Under the pieces are notes generated by a model. It was not told the origin of the DNA. It saw only the letters and a program-made list of their open reading frames with translations, and did no database searches. A DNA stretch of 64,000 nt from Callorhinchus milii (Eukaryota). The translations under genes were made by a program, and so were the position numbers. Shown in pieces: positions 37,301-52,070 of the stretch (the first letter of the stretch is position 1; every line of letters begins with the position of its first letter). The stretch spans positions 16,370,001 through 16,434,000 of the forward strand of contig NW_024704742.1 of NCBI RefSeq assembly GCF_018977255.1, read 5' to 3'.

Positions 37301-37735
37301 CGTCGAATGTCAAATGACCAATTAGTGACTTTGCTCCTTGGGAGGAGGTAAACAGGGTCTAGTTGGAGTTGAATGGAATTTCAGAATCGAACCAGCCCTC
37401 TGGCTCAATTCTTAATGTTCTTCCTGAATTGAGCAAGTAATCAATTTACAATTTTGTTTACATGTAACAAATTGATTCTTTAATGATGAACATGAAATTC
37501 TACAAAGAAAAATTACTGTGGTTTGATCCGCAAGGAATTCTTGTCAGTAAAATATTCTCAAGAAACCAACGGGCATGAATCAATAAAACTTTCACATGGA
37601 ACAAATTAAATTTAAGAACAACCTTTCGATTAATAAATACCTATCATTGTAAATTACTTTTTCAAATTACAAGATTAATGAGGATTTTTCTGACCAGCAA
37701 TTGGGATAAATGCGAATAGTTCATTTGCATACATA

Positions 37736-38048
37736 GGAGTCCTGTAGCTCAGTGGTTAGAGCACTCGCTTTGCAAGCGAAAGACCTGAGTTCAATTCCAG
37801 ACAGGGCAAAACCTTGGGCAAGTTTCCTTACTCCACACGCCTAATAATAATAATCCCTCCAAAAAACAAAAACAATAATACATTGGTCATTTTCAATCCA
37901 TGACTGTTTGTGGGACATTGCTGTGCGCAATTGGCTGCCGCGTTCGCCAACAAATATACAGTTAATTAACTTTGCAGTATGTTCTGTGAAGCGCTTTGGA
38001 ACGTCCTCCCGAAGTGAAAAAGTGTTCTATCAAATGCAAGGATTATTA
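37736..38048 (+). mobile_element. Young tRNA/CORE/Deu SINE
   Basis: Same sequence as the copy at 27635. Confidence 0.95.
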
Positions 38049-38149
38049 AGATATTTTAGACAATGTGTTAGTTCGGCTTAGAGCTGGATTTGTTCGACAT
38101 AGAAATCAAATACAAATGCGGATTGTTTAACTCTGTAGCATATCTATGC

Positions 38150-38970
38150 AACATTTCAACATCAACTTGGATTTACATAGGACCCTCCACGCTGGATGGC
38201 TTCTCAGAGAGCTTTACAGTAATGGATCCCGGCGCCGAGCCAGGGGAATGGGGAGGAAGGTGACCAAAGGCACGGTCGAAGAGAAAGGTCTTCAGCAGAA
38301 AATAGAAAGAGAGGGAGTGAGGCAAAGGGAGTGAGGAAGGGAATTCCAGAGCCTCGGGGCATAGTGGCTGAAGGCACAGCTGCCAAAGGTGGAGCGGAGG
38401 ACTTGGGGGGACGAGGAGGAGGCCAGACCCGGAGGAACGAAGGCAAAGGGTACTGTTTTGAGGGGAGAGGTCAGAGAGGTAGGGGTGTGCAGAGGAGTGG
38501 AGGGATTTGAATACAAGAGTGAGGATCTTGAAGTCGATCCTCTCTGGGACAGGGAGTCAGTGCAGTCTGGCAAGGAATGGTGTGATCGGGGCGCAGAGTT
38601 TGGTGTGGGTGAGAATGCGGGCGGCAAAGTTTTGAATGATCTGGATTTTATGGATGGTAGTGGATGGGAAATCGGCGAGGAGGGCGTTAGAATAGTCCAG
38701 CTGAGAGGTGACAAAGGCATGGATTAGGGTTTCAGTGTCTTTTGGGGAGAGGTATTGGCAGAGGCAGGCGATGCGTCGAAGGTGGAAGAAGGTGGTGCTG
38801 GTGAGGGACTGGATGTGGGGGAGGAAGGATAATTGGGGGTCGAACCTGACACCTAGGTTGCGTATGGGTTCAGAGAGTTTTAGGGGGAGGTTGAGTAGGT
38901 GGAGGAGGTGAGAGCTGTGAGATTTTAGATGTTGACGAGAGCCAAAGAGTATGGCTTCTGTCTTGTTTAG
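38150..38970 (-). mobile_element. L2 LINE 3' fragment (second subfamily)
   Basis: AFSHYAPRLWNSLPHSL; related to 46150-46737 and 50120-50678. Confidence 0.85.
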
Positions 38971-41022
38971 CTGGCAACACTATCTCACCCCTTCAGTTGT
39001 TAGTCATAACAATGATGCAACTGAAATGTTCAGACTTGCATCTATCCTTCCATTGAGTCCAAACATTTTGCTTAGGTGGGGGCAGAGATTGAGTGTTAAG
39101 ACGAACAAAGTTTTGAAACCACCAGAGGTTTTATGCCAAATAAACACCCCCATGAGACAATGTCCCCCACGACTTGGTGCCCTCATTTTACGTGAAAATA
39201 CTGACCCTTTCTGGGAGCCTATCGGCCACCGTGTGAGAATAATGAAAATGTTTCATCCAGTCAATACACTTTACAGTATATCCTGTGAAGAGCTTTGAGA
39301 TGTCTCAACGACATGATAAGGCGCTATGGCAAATGCAAGGATTATTGTTATTATATAGAGCACACAGTCGTTAGATATTGGCTGAAATTTGCAGTATTCT
39401 GTTATTATATCAAATCTGTTTAGAAGACCATTCAATTTTCACTTTTTATTGTGGTAAAGGGTTCATTTCCTATGTGGTCTTATACTCATCCAGAATTATA
39501 CAACAGTAAAATTATTTTCAAAGCCAAAAGAAGGCATGACCTTGATTCTGGATGACATATTCCCTCTAATGCATTTTGACACTAATATGAACATGAGAAG
39601 TGATCTATGCAGCTGCTTGCTTTTGTCTTACTTAAAGCATTTGCACTGGACAGAAAAAGGCAGTTTTACCCTTGTGATTTGCACCAGCAACACATCCTCC
39701 ATCAGTTCCAATATCTAAAGGCTATCTATGGTTTACATCAAGGATCGTGAAACCACATGTGGATTAGGTGTCCTTCAATGACATTGAAAGAAAGACCCAC
39801 AACTACAGTTGCCAAGTTCACCCTATCGAATGCCCTCATAATTTTGAAAACTTCTATTAAGTCTACATTTAACCTACTCTGCCCCAAGGAGAATAATCCT
39901 AGCTTCTCTAGCCTCACCTGATAACTGAAGTCCCTCATTCCTGGTACCATCCTGGTAAATCTCCTTTACACCCTCTCCCATGCCTTGACATCCTTCCTAA
40001 AGTGTGGTGCCCAGAACTGAACACAGTACTCTAGCTGTGGCCTAACCAGTGTTTTATAAAGGTTCATCATAACTTCCTGATTTTTGTATTCTATGCCCCT
40101 ATTTATAAAGCCCAGTATGCCATATGTTTTTTTAAAACAGCTTTATCCACCTGTCCTGCCACCTTCGAAGATTTATTTATATGAACCCCCAGGTCTCTCT
40201 CTTCCTTCACCCCCTTTAAGATTGTACTATCAGCTTATATTGCCTCTCCTCATCCTTCCTCCCAAAATGCGTCACTTCGCATTTCTCCACATCAAACTTA
40301 ATCTGCCACATGTCTGCCCATTTTACCAGTCTGTCCATTTGCAGACTGCTACTATCCTCCTCACAATTTACTACTTTTCCTATCTTAGCATCATCTGCAA
40401 ACTTGGAAATTGTACTCCCTATACCAGGTCATCTATATAGATCAAAAACAGCAGTGGTCCCAATACTGATCCCTGGGGCATACCACTGCACACTTCCCTC
40501 CAGTCAGAAAAACAACGAGTACCTACTACTGTCTGCCAGCCAGTTCTGTATCCATGCTGCCACTACTTTAATACCTTCTATTTTGCTTACGTTTCTTATG
40601 TGTCACTTTATCAAGCGCCTTTTGAAAATCCATATAAACTACATCAACTGCACTATTTTCATCCACCCTTTCAGTTATTTCATCAAAAAACTATCAGGTT
40701 TGTTAGGCATGATTGCCTTTAACAAATCCATGTTGGTTGTCCTTTATTAACCCATATTTTTCTAAGTGAAAATTTATTTTATCCCGGATTCTAATCTGTA
40801 GAAGTTTCCCCACTACTGACATCAGGCTGACTGGCCTGTAGTTCCCAGGTTTGTCCTTCTGCCCCTTTTTGTACAGGCGAGTAATATTTGCAACCCTCCA
40901 GTCCTCTGGTACCACCCCGGTGTCCAAGAAGGATTGAATGATTGTGGCCAGAGCCTCCGTTATTTCCACCCTTACTTCCCTCAGTAACTTAGGATGCATT
41001 CTGTCCGGACCGGATGACTCAT

Positions 41023-41318
41023 CTGTAGCTCAGCTTTGCATGCGAGAGACTAGGTTCGATTCCCAGCAGGGTGAAACCTTGGGCAAGTTTCCTTACTCCA
41101 CATGCCTAATAATAATCCCTCAAGAAAAATACACAATAATAAATTGGTCACTTCAAAACCACGACTGTTTGTGGGACACTGCTGTGTGCAATTAGCTGCC
41201 GCATTTCGCCCACAAAAAATACAATCAATTCACTTTACAGCATATTCTGTGAAGCGCTTTGAGACATCTAGAAGACGAGAAAAGCGCTATATCAAATGCA
41301 AGGATTATTATTATTATA
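41023..41318 (+). mobile_element. SINE nested in CR1
   Basis: Deu core and (ATT)n tail; CR1 sequence atct duplicated at 41021-41024 and 41319-41322. Confidence 0.9.
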
Positions 41319-41544
41319 ATCTACTTTGAGCACAGACAACCTTTTTAGTACCTCCTCTCTGTTTATTCTTATTCTATCCAATTTCTCTACTCTCTCCTTC
41401 GATACTGTGGCATTGGCTGCATCCTCTTCTTTTATGAAGACAGATGCAAAGTACACATTCAGTACGTCAGCCATGCCCTCTGCCTCCACAAGATTTCCTC
41501 TTTGGTCCCTAATTGAACCCAACCTACTTTCGACTAACCTTTTA

Positions 41545-42454
41545 ATTACATTCTGAACATCTGCGATCAGGACTCCCTCTGCCTCCTTGTCCTCCTCGAC
41601 CTCTCTGCCGCCTTTGATACTGTCGACCAATCCATTCTTATACACCGCCTCTCCTCTTTACTTAACCTTCACAGATCTACCCTTTCCTGGATCGAATCCT
41701 ATCTCTCTCACCTTCTCCACTTTGTTGCCTCTAACGGTTTCTCCTCCAGCCCCCACACTGTCACGTCTGGCTCTGTCACGTCTGGCCCAGGGCTCTGTCC
41801 TTGGCCCTCTCCTCTTTAATATCTACACGTTTCCCCTTGGTGACATCATCTGCAGACATGGGGTCAACTTCCACATATATGCGGATGACACCCAACTCTA
41901 TCTTTCTGCCTCCACCCTCAACTCCAGGACCACTGCTGTCCTGACAGACTGCCTGTCGGACATCAAGTCCTGGATGAGGGCAAATTTCCTAAAGTTGAAT
42001 GTGAACAAGACTGAGGCCCTCCTGATTGGCTCACGCCAGCGCTTCAGCACCTCACATACAAAGCCCTCCATGGCCTCACCCCACCCTACCTCTGTGACTT
42101 CCTAAACCCCTACCAACCTGTCCACTCCCTCCGCTCAGCCGGCTCCGGCCTGCTCCACGTCCCCCGACCCACCCAGGAGAACCTTCAGCCACTCTGGCAG
42201 GAGAGCCCTCAGCCACTCTACCTTCAACCTCTGGAATTCCATCCCTCCCTCAATCACTCTGCCTCTGCCCCTCCTTAGCCTCCTTCAAGTCCCACCTCAA
42301 GACCTTCCTCTTTGACCATGCCATCGGTCACCCGTCTTCCCATCCCCTCCCTTCTCCCTCCCTGATCCCAGTCTGAAATGTTGCACACTGTCCAGCGCCT
42401 TGGGACGTCCTCCCAATGTGGAAGGCACTGTACTAATGTAATCTTGTTGTTGTT
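41545..42454 (+). mobile_element. L2 fragment nested in CR1, with an internal deletion
   Basis: [10 protein letters not shown]...YADDTQLY; junction at cctca (42050-42054); (GTT)n tail. Confidence 0.9.
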
Positions 42455-45400
42455 TATTCTTTATATGCTTATAAAATAGCTTAGGTTCCCTTTTATATTA
42501 CCCGCTAATCTTTTCTCATACAATCTCATTGCCCCTCTTACTTCCTTTTCAGTTCTCCTCTGTACTTTCTAATATTCTATTTGATTACCTACTGTATTTT
42601 GGACTTAACATTTATCATAAGTTTCCTTTTTCTGTTTTATTTTAATCCCCATTTCCTTATTCATCCAGGGAGGTGTGGATGCCCTACCTTCCCCCTTTGT
42701 GGGAATATATTTGTTCTGTCCCTGAACTATCTCCTCCTTGAAGGCTTCCCATTTCTCGTTGGCTGTTTTACCCGCCAATTTTTCTTTCCAGTCTACCTCG
42801 GCTAGACCCCTTTTTAACTCACTGAAATTAGCCCTCTTCCAGTTGAGTACCTTCACCTTTGATTGCTCCTTGTCTATTTCCATAAGTACTCTAATCCTAA
42901 TGATGTTGTGATCACTGTTGTCCAGATGCTCTCCTACTGAAACCTGCTCCACTTACCCCACTTCATTCCCCAGAACTAGATCCAGTACTGCTTCCTTCCT
43001 CGTTGGGCTGGAAACATACTGATCCACAAAGTTATTCTGCACACAATTCAGAAATCCTTTCTCCTCCTTACCCTTTACAACTGTTATTTTGCCAGTCTAT
43101 GTTAGGATAATTGAAGTCCCCTATTATCACTACTCTAAAGGTTTTGCATCTTTCTGAAATCTGCTTGCAGATTTGCTTGTTTATCTCCTTCTCACTATTT
43201 GGTGGTTTATAGTATACACCTAACAGAGTAACAGCTCCTTTTGTACTCCTTAATTCTAACCAAATAGATTCTGTTTTGGACCCTCCAGCACATTGTCTCT
43301 TTCCAGGGCTGTAACTGTGTCTTTAATCAATATTGCCATCCTCCCTCCTTTTTTCCTTCGCTATCCCTCCTCAATACATTGTATCCAGGAATAGTCAGCT
43401 CCCAATCCTGCCCTTTTTTGATCCAGGTCTCCGTTATTGACACTATGTCATAACCCCATGTGGCAACTTGAGCCTGCAGCTCACTAATCTTATTTGTCAC
43501 ACTGTCATTTACTCCCATGCACTGCAAGACCGACTCTGCATTTCTCCCCCATCTAATGCCTCCTTTTTCTGGATTATTTCTGATTACTTTGCTATTCGTC
43601 TTTACCAGCCCTCTCTGTAACTTGTTTGTCTTCTCTAATGCTACATCCTGATTCCCTTCCCCCCTCAAAATTAGTTTAAACCCTTCCCCACAGCACTAGT
43701 TAACCTCCCTGCAAGGACATTGGTCCCAGCCCTGTTCAGGTGTAACTCATCTACCTTGTACAGGTGCGACCTGCCCCAGAACTGGTCCCAATGATCCAGG
43801 AACCTGAAGCCTTCATTTCTGCACCATTTCTCCAGCCATGCATTCATCTGTTTGATCCTGCTGTTTTGATATTCACTTGCCCGAGGCACTGGGAGTAATC
43901 CAGAGATCATTACCTTTGAGGTCCCACTCTTTAGCATTTTCCCTAGCTTCTGATATTCTCCCTGAAGGATCTCAACCATTTTGAAAAGGAAAATTAAAAG
44001 GAAAACTGGAGCTGAATGTTTGGATTAAAATAACTGGTATCAAATCTGAACATGATATATAATTAAAAGCAATGAAAATGAACTCAAGTAAATATAGTCC
44101 ATTAAAATGTACAAGTTGAAAATTTCAAATGAGTATGCACAAGATTAAATAGTCTTGACTGTTGTGAATGAGTCTATAAGTAGCTCCACCATGTAATTAC
44201 CATAATTGTTACTATATTAGCAAGTTAAGAGGAAAGCAGTGAAAGCAAAGCTTATCATCATGTATGAACGATTAAAATGACTATTTGATTCCGTCGTTGA
44301 CAACTATTTGAACTTTGTTGTGTATTACTAAAATTGATATGGACCTTTAAATTAGTTAGTTAAAATTAACTCAAATTATCCATGTATTAATGAAACTTTA
44401 CTGAAGCTTATATCTACAGTGAACAGTGATGCACATTTAGTTTTACTTGAGGCACTAAGAGGAATGATTTATTAATAACTGTGACAAAGTTCACATTCAC
44501 ATCAACCCACACTCATTCCTTCAAGACTAGCTTGATATGTGATGCCAGACTACGTCCACTAATAGTCATCTTCTAAGAGACTTTCTCCAAATTCAAATGT
44601 CTGGAGGTCATGAAACAACTTAATGATGTGACTCAGTTAATTTTTCTCAAGGATTCAGAATTAAGAAAAAATGTTTAAAGTACAGGCCTCCAGTAGTTCC
44701 ACGGCCTTTTTTTTTCACATTGACTCTGCAACGTATGTTTCTCCCGGTATCCAGGTCAACAATCCTCCAGATAAAATTGATCTTTCTCTTCATGGCTGTT
44801 TGTGGATCATTTCTGTGCACAAAATTAGCTCCTTTCTGCAAATACACCATCACAAAGCACTTTACAGTAAAATCCTGTTAAGCATTTTGAGACGTCTCCA
44901 TGATGTGAAAAGGTGCTATATCAAATGTTATTATGTTCACATTTCTAGTTCCCAACTTTCAATGTTATAAAGGAAGTGAAGGTCAGCAATGTGCTGCTCA
45001 CTAACACTAATAAATAATGAATTATTTATTTAATGCATTAGTATGCAGAGTTTGGAAAAAAATACAGTTTGTGTCAAAGCTTACTTTTGCTATATTTAAT
45101 CTAAAAGTTACATTATAATGGTCAAATCATTGAAAGTTGCAGGCAAATAAATGGATTTGACAGGCTGTGGGTGTACCCCTCCACCTCCGTTTTTTTGCAG
45201 AATGTTTGGGCTGAATCTCTTTTTGTTCCCAGCAGTATCTGCTAGAGAGTGGAACTAATAATTAGTTGGTTTTAAAAAAATATTAAAATAGACTTGTATC
45301 TATGGCAAGATACGGATCCAGAAACCAAACAAACTTTTTCAGTAAAATTAAATCCAGAATCTTTGTGGAAGTGAGTTACCCAAGAACCAAAGTTATGCAT

Positions 45401-46149
45401 CTCCAACTGGCTAGATATACAGTCTGAGGCCTGAAAACAGCAAGAAGTTCCAATGAGCTGCATCCCAGCAAGGGCTGGCACCTTCAGGAAAGGAGGAGAG
45501 AACAAATAAAATGCAATTCTGGGGAGCGGTTGAGTGAAATATGTAGCACAGAAGATGTTCAATTAGGACAATAGTTTTCATAAATGATGATCTTGGTTGA
45601 ATAAAACATTAATTTTAATACTGCTAATAATAATCCTTGTTTTTGACACAACCCCTTATCACATTGTCAAGATGTTTTTAAGTGCTTCACAGAGTATAAA
45701 GTGTATCGACTGTATAATTTGTGGGCAAAACACGATAGCCAGTTGTACCAGCAAAGTCTTGCAAAGAGCTACGCGTGAGTGACCAATTTTAATTTTAAGG
45801 AACAAAAAGCACTCTTATATAAATACTAGATGGCCAAGGATCAAATGCAAAACATGTGATTATTATTAAATAATCCTTGTATTTGTAACAGCACCTATAA
45901 TATCTAAAGTTTCAATTGGCCTAAAAGGAAGGCTTGTGGGTTTGTGGATAAACATGGTAGAAATTTTGCATATGGCAATATACTATTAACTATCATGAAG
46001 TAAGTGATACATTTATCTGAAAGATAAAGTTGGCTAGGGCATTGGGAATTTATTTTGGAGTAATATCATGTGGTACATTGTGCATATACTTAATGGTACA
46101 TCTTAGTAGAGCACCATTTAGTAGAGCTATGAAACAGTTGTTAAGAAAA

Positions 46150-46737
46150 AGTAACAATAATAACAGCTTGCATTTATATAGCACCCTTCACCCAGGGTAA
46201 TATCCTAGAGCACTTGACGGTGGTGGAGTCTAACCCCGAGCCAGGGAGAGAGGCAGGGGGGAGGTGACCGTAAGCACGATCAAAAAGGAAGGTCTTTAGG
46301 CAGGACTTGAAAGTGGGGAGGGAGGGGACAAGGAAAAGGGAATGAGGCAGAGAGTTCCAGAGTTTTGGGGCGTAATTGCTGAAGGCACAGCTACTGATGG
46401 TGGAGCAGAGGGAACGAGGGACAAACAGGAGGCTGGAGCCAGCCGAGTGGATACAACGGGTGGGGAAGTGGGGCATAAGCAAATTGGATAGGTAGGGAGG
46501 TGGAGGGCATCAAGTGATTTGAAAACAAGTGAAAGGATCTTGAAATCGATCCGTTCAGTAATTGGGAGCCAGTGGAGCCTGGCAAGGACTGGTGTGATGG
46601 GGGTACGGAATTTTGTGCGGGGTGAGAATCTGGGCAGTGGAGATTTGAATTAGTTGTATTTTGTCTATGGTGGAGCTGGGGAGACCAGCAAGCAGTAGTT
46701 GGAATAGTCCAGCTGAGAAGTGACAAAGGCATGGATT
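46150..46737 (-). mobile_element. L2 3' fragment
   Basis: AFSNYAPKLWNSLPHSL...[14 protein letters not shown]. Confidence 0.85.
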
Positions 46738-47062
46738 GGAGTCCTGTAGCTCAGTGGTTAAAGCACTTGCTTTGCAAGCAAGACACCTGGGTTCAATTCC
46801 AGGCAGGGCGAAACCTTGGGCAAGTTTCCTTACTCCACACGCCTAATAATAATCCCTCCAAAACCCAAAACAATAATAAATTGGTCATTTTCAATCTACG
46901 ACTGTTTGTGGGACATTGCTGTGCGCAATTGGCTGCCGCGTTCGCCCACAAATATACAGTCAATTCACTTTACAGTATATTCTGTGAAGCGCTTTGGGAC
47001 GTCCTCCCGACGTGAAAAGCGCTATATCAAATGCAAGGATTATTATTATTATTATTATTATT
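46738..47062 (+). mobile_element. Young SINE inserted in L2 with target-site duplication
   Basis: Full head and tail; atggat at 46731-46736 and 47063-47068. Confidence 0.95.
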
Positions 47063-49300
47063 ATGGATGAGGGTTTTGGCTGCTTTTAAATAAAGTACAG
47101 TGAGGTAAATCAGTTACATTTCACATACAGAGAATATTAGCATGTATTAATTATTAAGGATGGCATGCACATTTGTGAAATGTTCCAGATGGTTTTCGAT
47201 TCTTGCTTATGAACTCCAATATAAAACTCAATAGAAGTAAATGTGTTTTCTCTTATTAAAAAGATAGCAGGAAATTACTTACATGCAACAAAGGAGTGCA
47301 CTGTATTCGGCTTTGCTTAAGCGCAAGCTGTCTTCTTCAGACATGGGATTCAGTAACTTATGTCTGCCTATAAATAACCTATCAATCGTTTTTAGTTTAT
47401 TTGAGCAATGACAGTGCCTGTACTTGTATGCAGTATTTGAGTTAATTACTTTACATCTAATGAAAAAATCCAGCAGTTATAGTTCATAATTAAAGTATTA
47501 AAGTGCTTCTGGACATCCTCTGAAATCGTAATTATATCTGACTGGTTTCTAAAGACATCCAGAGTTGCTGAAATTAGTTTTTTAAAAAATGTAATTAAAG
47601 CTCTTTTTCATTTATTAGAGATAACCCTGGGATATACTATTTCTTTGATCCTACCTTCTTTTTAGTCCTGTCACTCAGCCGCATAAGAGCTCCTCTCGTA
47701 TCTAAATTGGTACTTTCTAGGCATGTAGTAAAAACTGAGGAGAGTGAAAGGTGACTTGTTTTCATTAAGAAATAAATTCCTTAATACCAAAGGACCACAA
47801 AACTTGCACAATCAAAAACTAAAGTTTGAGTAAAATTTGTAAGCTGTTCTATTTGAAGACATGAGGAAGGAGAGGAACTGAAATTGAAACAATCAGAAAG
47901 AAACTCTTGTAAGCACTAAAAATTACTGCTATAACATAAATACACACATGATAATACATTACACACAACCATGTATAAATCAGTGATTATCAACTGCTGA
48001 TTCAATACTGGAATCTACCATGCACCAATCCTTAAATTGTTGATCTTTTCCAACTTTTTGGGTTATGATGGGATTTATCATAGTGTGTGATCGATAAGTC
48101 TTTAATTGGTACTGTACAGATCACAAATTTCATGATTCTTTGCAAGAAATATAACATTAACACAAAAAATAACCTAGATCCCAATTGCAGTACCTAAAAT
48201 TAACAAAAGTGCTCACCTCAAGGTCATACCAAATAGCCTTGAGAGAACAAACCATCCACCTGTAATGTTTCTGGTTAGCTGGGTGCCTGACACATGCAGA
48301 AACCCATCACCACAAGAGTTCCATACATCCCTCCGACACATGGAAATTCATGCATATTGGAATGGAATGTGCATTGTCTCACTGGAGGGATGCCTCCTGC
48401 TTTCCCTAATGTTTGTTCAGCTTGGACTCCTCTACCTGTTTGGCTTGCATGGTTAACAGGAGATGAGTGTGAGGATTCCCTGCTCCCAGTGACTTGACTG
48501 CCTCGCCCAGTGACTGACAAGCGAGGACAGCTATGATGTTATCAGCAGTGTCCTGGAGTACTGCGGACCTGCCTGGCTCAGGAACCAGACTACTGGCACC
48601 GTCAGAGAGGTTGGCTCAATTCTAACATTCCGTGGCCAAGCAAATCACCTTGAAGCCAGTTGAGTAAATAAAAGTTTACTTGAGTAAACTTAATTCAGGA
48701 GTGTTCTATCTCACGTAAACCTTTCCTCTATAGTATATTTTTGCTGCTGCGTTTTTAAGGGTGTCTAAAATTCAGCATTTCCCACAGCATATATCGTCAA
48801 ATAATTAATCTAACATTTCTCAGGTTTGGCGTTTCTTACCAAATACAGTCACTAAAGCACTAGAGACTTGGCATTCCTGTTGTGTGCCTCCTGAAAATTG
48901 TATCTTCTTCATTCTGAATCTGGTTGCTGGAACAATGAACACCCTGCCATGATTACTGAGAGCTGGTAATCTCATCAGGAGGATACAGAATACATTACAG
49001 ACCACACGAGCACAGCAAAAGTGGTACATAACTGTCATTTGACCCTCAACTATCTTCCTCTCCGATCACGACCCCCAGCTTGGGTCCGAAACACTGATTG
49101 TCCGGTGCCTTGGGACATCCTCCTGACATAAAAGGTGCTCTACAAATGTAATTTTGTTGTTGTTATTGTTGTTTGAACTCTGGGATAGATTACAGCTTTG
49201 AAATCACACCCAAGAATGCATTATTTTTTAATAATATTCACTCCGAAGCTCATTGAGGGTGGTTTCATAATATTTTTTGGCTTACTTTTGCTCTCTGTAG

Positions 49301-49389
49301 GTGTCCTGCCGAGCCCAATGGCTGGTGCAGTCTGTACAATTGATATGTTGACATCTGTGCTCCAGGACTAATGAGATAACATCCTTTCG
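49301..49389 (+). other. Candidate non-coding exon
   Basis: ttacttttgctctctgtag| acceptor and TCG|GTGAGT donor; stops in all three frames. Confidence 0.3.
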
Positions 49390-50119
49390 GTGAGTTTGGG
49401 CATGATAATTAAAAGAACTTCCTCACTTCAAAACGCTTCAGAGGTGATTACTGACCAGACTGCTATTTTGTTGCAGGCAAAAGTGGCAGCTGTTTACACC
49501 AGCAATGTCCCACAAACAGTCACGAGGTGAATGACTAATTAATCTGGCAGACAGTTGGTCAGGATACCAGGAGAAACACCTTTCACTGTTCTAGCTGTGT
49601 GATGGGATCTTTGATGTTCTCCTGAAAAGGCAAGCAGAACCTTAGTTTAACATGTCACCTCCAACAATGCAGCGTTGCTTTCCTACTGCGCAGGAGTGTC
49701 AGCCTGCACACAGACCTCACATTGTGATGCAGGTTTGAATGCACAATTGAGTAAAACTGACACACTATTAACATAAATATTGCAAATTGCATATATCCTG
49801 TCATTTTGAAACAGAAGGTCATACTTCCTTGTTCAACTTTGACATTTTATGAATCGGTTTGCTCATTGAAGTATGACATCAATGGGGAAACACCAGTTGA
49901 ATCTGACTTTGACTGGGCTCCAGTCCCACTGAAGAAAGTGGCGAGATTCTGGAGAAATCCTCCGCTATCACAGCTTGGAGTGTCACTGCCTATGCAAAGG
50001 CAGCCCAGAGAATTTGGTGACTGAATGATGCAATATATTGTGAAAGTGCCTCCACGTGTGGAGTGACTTTGTGATTAAAAAGAAACGAAAGTGGCCAGAC
50101 TAAAGGTTAAATCATGCAC

Positions 50120-50678
50120 ATTGGCACCACATTGCCCGCCTCCGACCGTACCTTACCCCAGACGCAGCATTTGTAACCTCCCGCCTCAATTATTCAAATG
50201 CCTTCCTACTGGTCTCCCCAGCTCCACCGTGCACAAGATCCAGCTGATTGAAAACTCTGCTGCTAGCAAACTCAACCACACTAAACTCCGTACCCCCATC
50301 AGACCAGTCCCAGCCAGGATCCCAACCATCAAACTGATTGATTTCAAGATCCTCACACTCGTTTTCAAATCCCATCATGCCTTGGCACCTCCCTACCTCT
50401 CCAACCTGCTTACTCCCCAACCCATTACCCACTGCCTCCACTCGACTGGCTCCAGCCTCCAGCATGTCCTTCGTGCCCTCCGTTTCATCATCAGTGACTG
50501 TGCTTTCAGCCACTACCGTCTGAAACTCTGGATCAATCTTCCTCTGTCCCTCCGCCTTGCCCCTTCCTTCCCCATCTTCAGATCTCCCCGACTTGGCATT
50601 GTGCTCCACTGCTGTCAGGTGCTCTGGGACGCTACCCTACATTAGGGGTGCTCTATAAATGCAAGTTATTGTTGTTGT
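50120..50678 (+). mobile_element. L2 3' fragment
   Basis: GLPSSTVHKIQLIENSAA...IDFKILTLVFKSHHALAPPYLSNLL. Confidence 0.85.
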
Positions 50679-51744
50679 AGCACAAATGAATAGTGGGGAA
50701 GGATTTGCTTCTGCTTGATTTCAGACTGGAGTTGTTAAGTGTGAGATTTGTTGTACATTGTGAATGGCCAATGTGAATCACTTGCAGATTTAATCCAAAA
50801 CTTTCCTGTCTACCAAGTAATTTATTCACTCTTAGAACATGGACAGATTTGGAAAAGCCTGGCTTGAAACCCTGGAGGATGGGATATAATTCAGTTTACC
50901 TTGGGCAAACTAGATACGCTCTTGGAAGAGTTGAAAGCATCCTTATGATTGCACAGTTCACTACAGTATTTGTGTTAAAAGGTTTTAGATCATTCCATAA
51001 TAAGGTTAAAAGCTCTTAGATCATTTTGCAAGCCAATACTTTTTGAAAATAAATATAGCAATAATATTCAGCAGTTGACTGCCAGTTTACACGTGCAGAG
51101 TTGCTATCTTTGCCTCTTTTAATTATACATCAAAATTATGTGCTCATAAAATGTCATTAGGCAGTTAATGATTTAACCATTTGGTCTTTTTAAATATGCG
51201 TGCTCTAAATTATACAGATAAAAATCAAGACAGCAAATGTTCGGAAGCTGAGATACAAACAAAAATGCTGGCAATACCATAGCAAATCTAACAATCTGCC
51301 TGTCCTTCAGCTTGGAGTATCTCACTGGGAGAGTGCTACTCCAGTGTACAATTGTGCATCAGAGGGCATTGTGCTGGAGGTCTGATTGACCAAATCCTTT
51401 CCATATTGCAGACTCCAACCTCAAACTGTTGCTTCTCTCCGACCCCAGATTATAATCATAATAATAATAATCCTTACATTTGGTACAGTGCCTTTCAGGT
51501 CAAGAGGACATCACAAGGCGTTTCACAGACTACTGTAGAGTGTAGTGATTGTGCATTTTATAGGTAAATGTGACCGTTCATTTGCATACAGTAATGTCCC
51601 ACAAACAGCCGTGAAATGAAAGACCAATTTTTCTGGAGGATTGTTGTCCCAGAACATTGGGAGAAACCCCCATCTCTTTTTGAATGGTATCATGGGACCT
51701 CAGTTTAACATCTCATTGTCCTCACCTGTATTCCTGTTGGTGTT

Positions 51745-52070
51745 TAATTTCTCTCTTTCTGTCAGTCTCTCTCCTTTATGTCACTGTCTCTCTTTCTCTC
51801 ACTCTCTGTATTTGATATTCTTTCTATCTCCCCCCCTATATGTGCTTATGATATTCATTCAGTTTGTCTGTGAATGTACTATCTGTCTCTGTATGTACAT
51901 CTCTCTCCCTCTGTTTGTGCCATTAGCTCACTTTTAGTCCTTCCGTGTTAGTCCACCCCTTTCTCTCTCTCTCTCTCTCTATCTATCTCTCTCTCTCTAT
52001 ATATATATTTATATATTATATACTTTGTGTCTCTCTCTCTTGGTATCTGTATATGCTACTTTCTTGCTCT
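51745..52070. repeat. CT/AT low-complexity and microsatellite tract
   Basis: (CT)n and (AT)n runs at 51961-52040 within pyrimidine-rich sequence. Confidence 0.8.

Larger units (their letters stand above)
39815..43979 (-). mobile_element. CR1 LINE, long decayed copy with nested SINE and L2
   Basis: ISGLLPVPRA...DELHLNRAGT (esterase), SDHNII, NYRPVSL, MVPGMRDFSY. Confidence 0.95.

Noticed and set aside
46816..47070. Recurrent ORF GKFPYSTRLII...KCKDYYYY at several loci
   Set aside because: Chance open frame in the SINE consensus; the poly-Tyr is the (ATT)n tail.
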